Under the pieces are notes generated by a model, which was not told where the DNA came from, ran no database searches, and saw only the letters and a program-made list of their open reading frames with translations. 64,000 bases of DNA. It comes from an uncultured delta proteobacterium. GTDB taxonomy: Bacteria; Desulfobacterota; Syntrophia; Syntrophales; UBA5619. Location: the NCBI GenBank assembly GCA_963817385.1, contig CAWFOM010000005.1, forward strand, positions 256,001-320,000. Reading direction: 5' to 3'. The position numbers and the translations under genes are program-made. Of the stretch, positions 63,613 through 64,000 are shown one piece after another. Every line of letters starts with the position of its first letter. The stretch's first letter is position 1.

Positions 63613-64000
63613 TCAGAGTTTCCGGATGCGGGCCAAGGCGGCCCGTTGCTGTTTGGAGAGCCGCCGGGAGGGGCCCTTTCTTTTCCCGCCGGGCCGTTCG
63701 TCATCCTCGTCCGCGTTCTCCGTGCCGGAGGCGTCCGCAGGGAACGATCCGGCGGTGCTCCGTTCGAGTCGTTCATCGAACTGGGTGGAGGCGATGGAGG
63801 TCTTCCCGCGGCGGGCGGCAAAGGTGACGATCTCCCGATCGGAGGTGACGACCATGATCTCCTCGCTTGCCGTCTGGAGCAGCCGCTTGATCACTTCGTC
63901 GGCCTTCTCTCCGAGGCGGGAATAGATGATCTCCACGCCGCCCGCACGGTCCCGCTCCTCGGTGGGCGAGCCGCCCTCCCAGCCATCGAAGACCACTGTG
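63613..64000 (-). CDS. YacP-like NYN domain ribonuclease (5' end outside the window)
   Basis: VFDG, YS...KADEVI and VVTSDRE motifs. Confidence 0.8.
   Translation of the reverse strand, partial: TVVFDGWEGGSPTEERDRAGGVEIIYSRLGEKADEVIKRLLQTASEEIMVVTSDREIVTFAARRGKTSIASTQFDERLERSTAGSFPADASGTENADEDDERPGGKRKGPSRRLSKQQRAALARIRKL

Overview
A GC-rich bacterial window whose gene content suggests an anaerobic deltaproteobacterium (Syntrophales-like; inference only). Many genes are split by single-base indels, probably long-read assembly errors. From left to right: a GntR-linked Fe-S/flavoprotein operon and ilvD; a tandem pair of unusually large Glu/Leu/Phe/Val-dehydrogenase-like genes, the second a degenerate GDH fused to a DHH-like domain; a penicillin acylase; a RelE/ParE toxin-antitoxin pair beside a Type IIG-like restriction-modification gene; and sigma-54 two-component genes with gap. 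From about 28.8 to 63 kb lies a mosaic stress/redox region: Crp/Fnr, ChrA, Spy-like protein, LolCDE-like ABC system, trxA, mprF-acvB, P-type H+-ATPase, RND efflux, degP, wrbA and Usp, with duplicated promoter segments and gene scars. The strongest signals missing from the ORF track are three probable selenoprotein genes: two tandem tiny membrane proteins, each with UGA at codon 30 and a SECIS-like hairpin, and a UxxC glutaredoxin-DinB fusion. Also notable are three perfect FNR-type boxes and an in-frame double-hairpin mini-element inside the Crp/Fnr gene. No rRNA, tRNA or CRISPR array was recognised.
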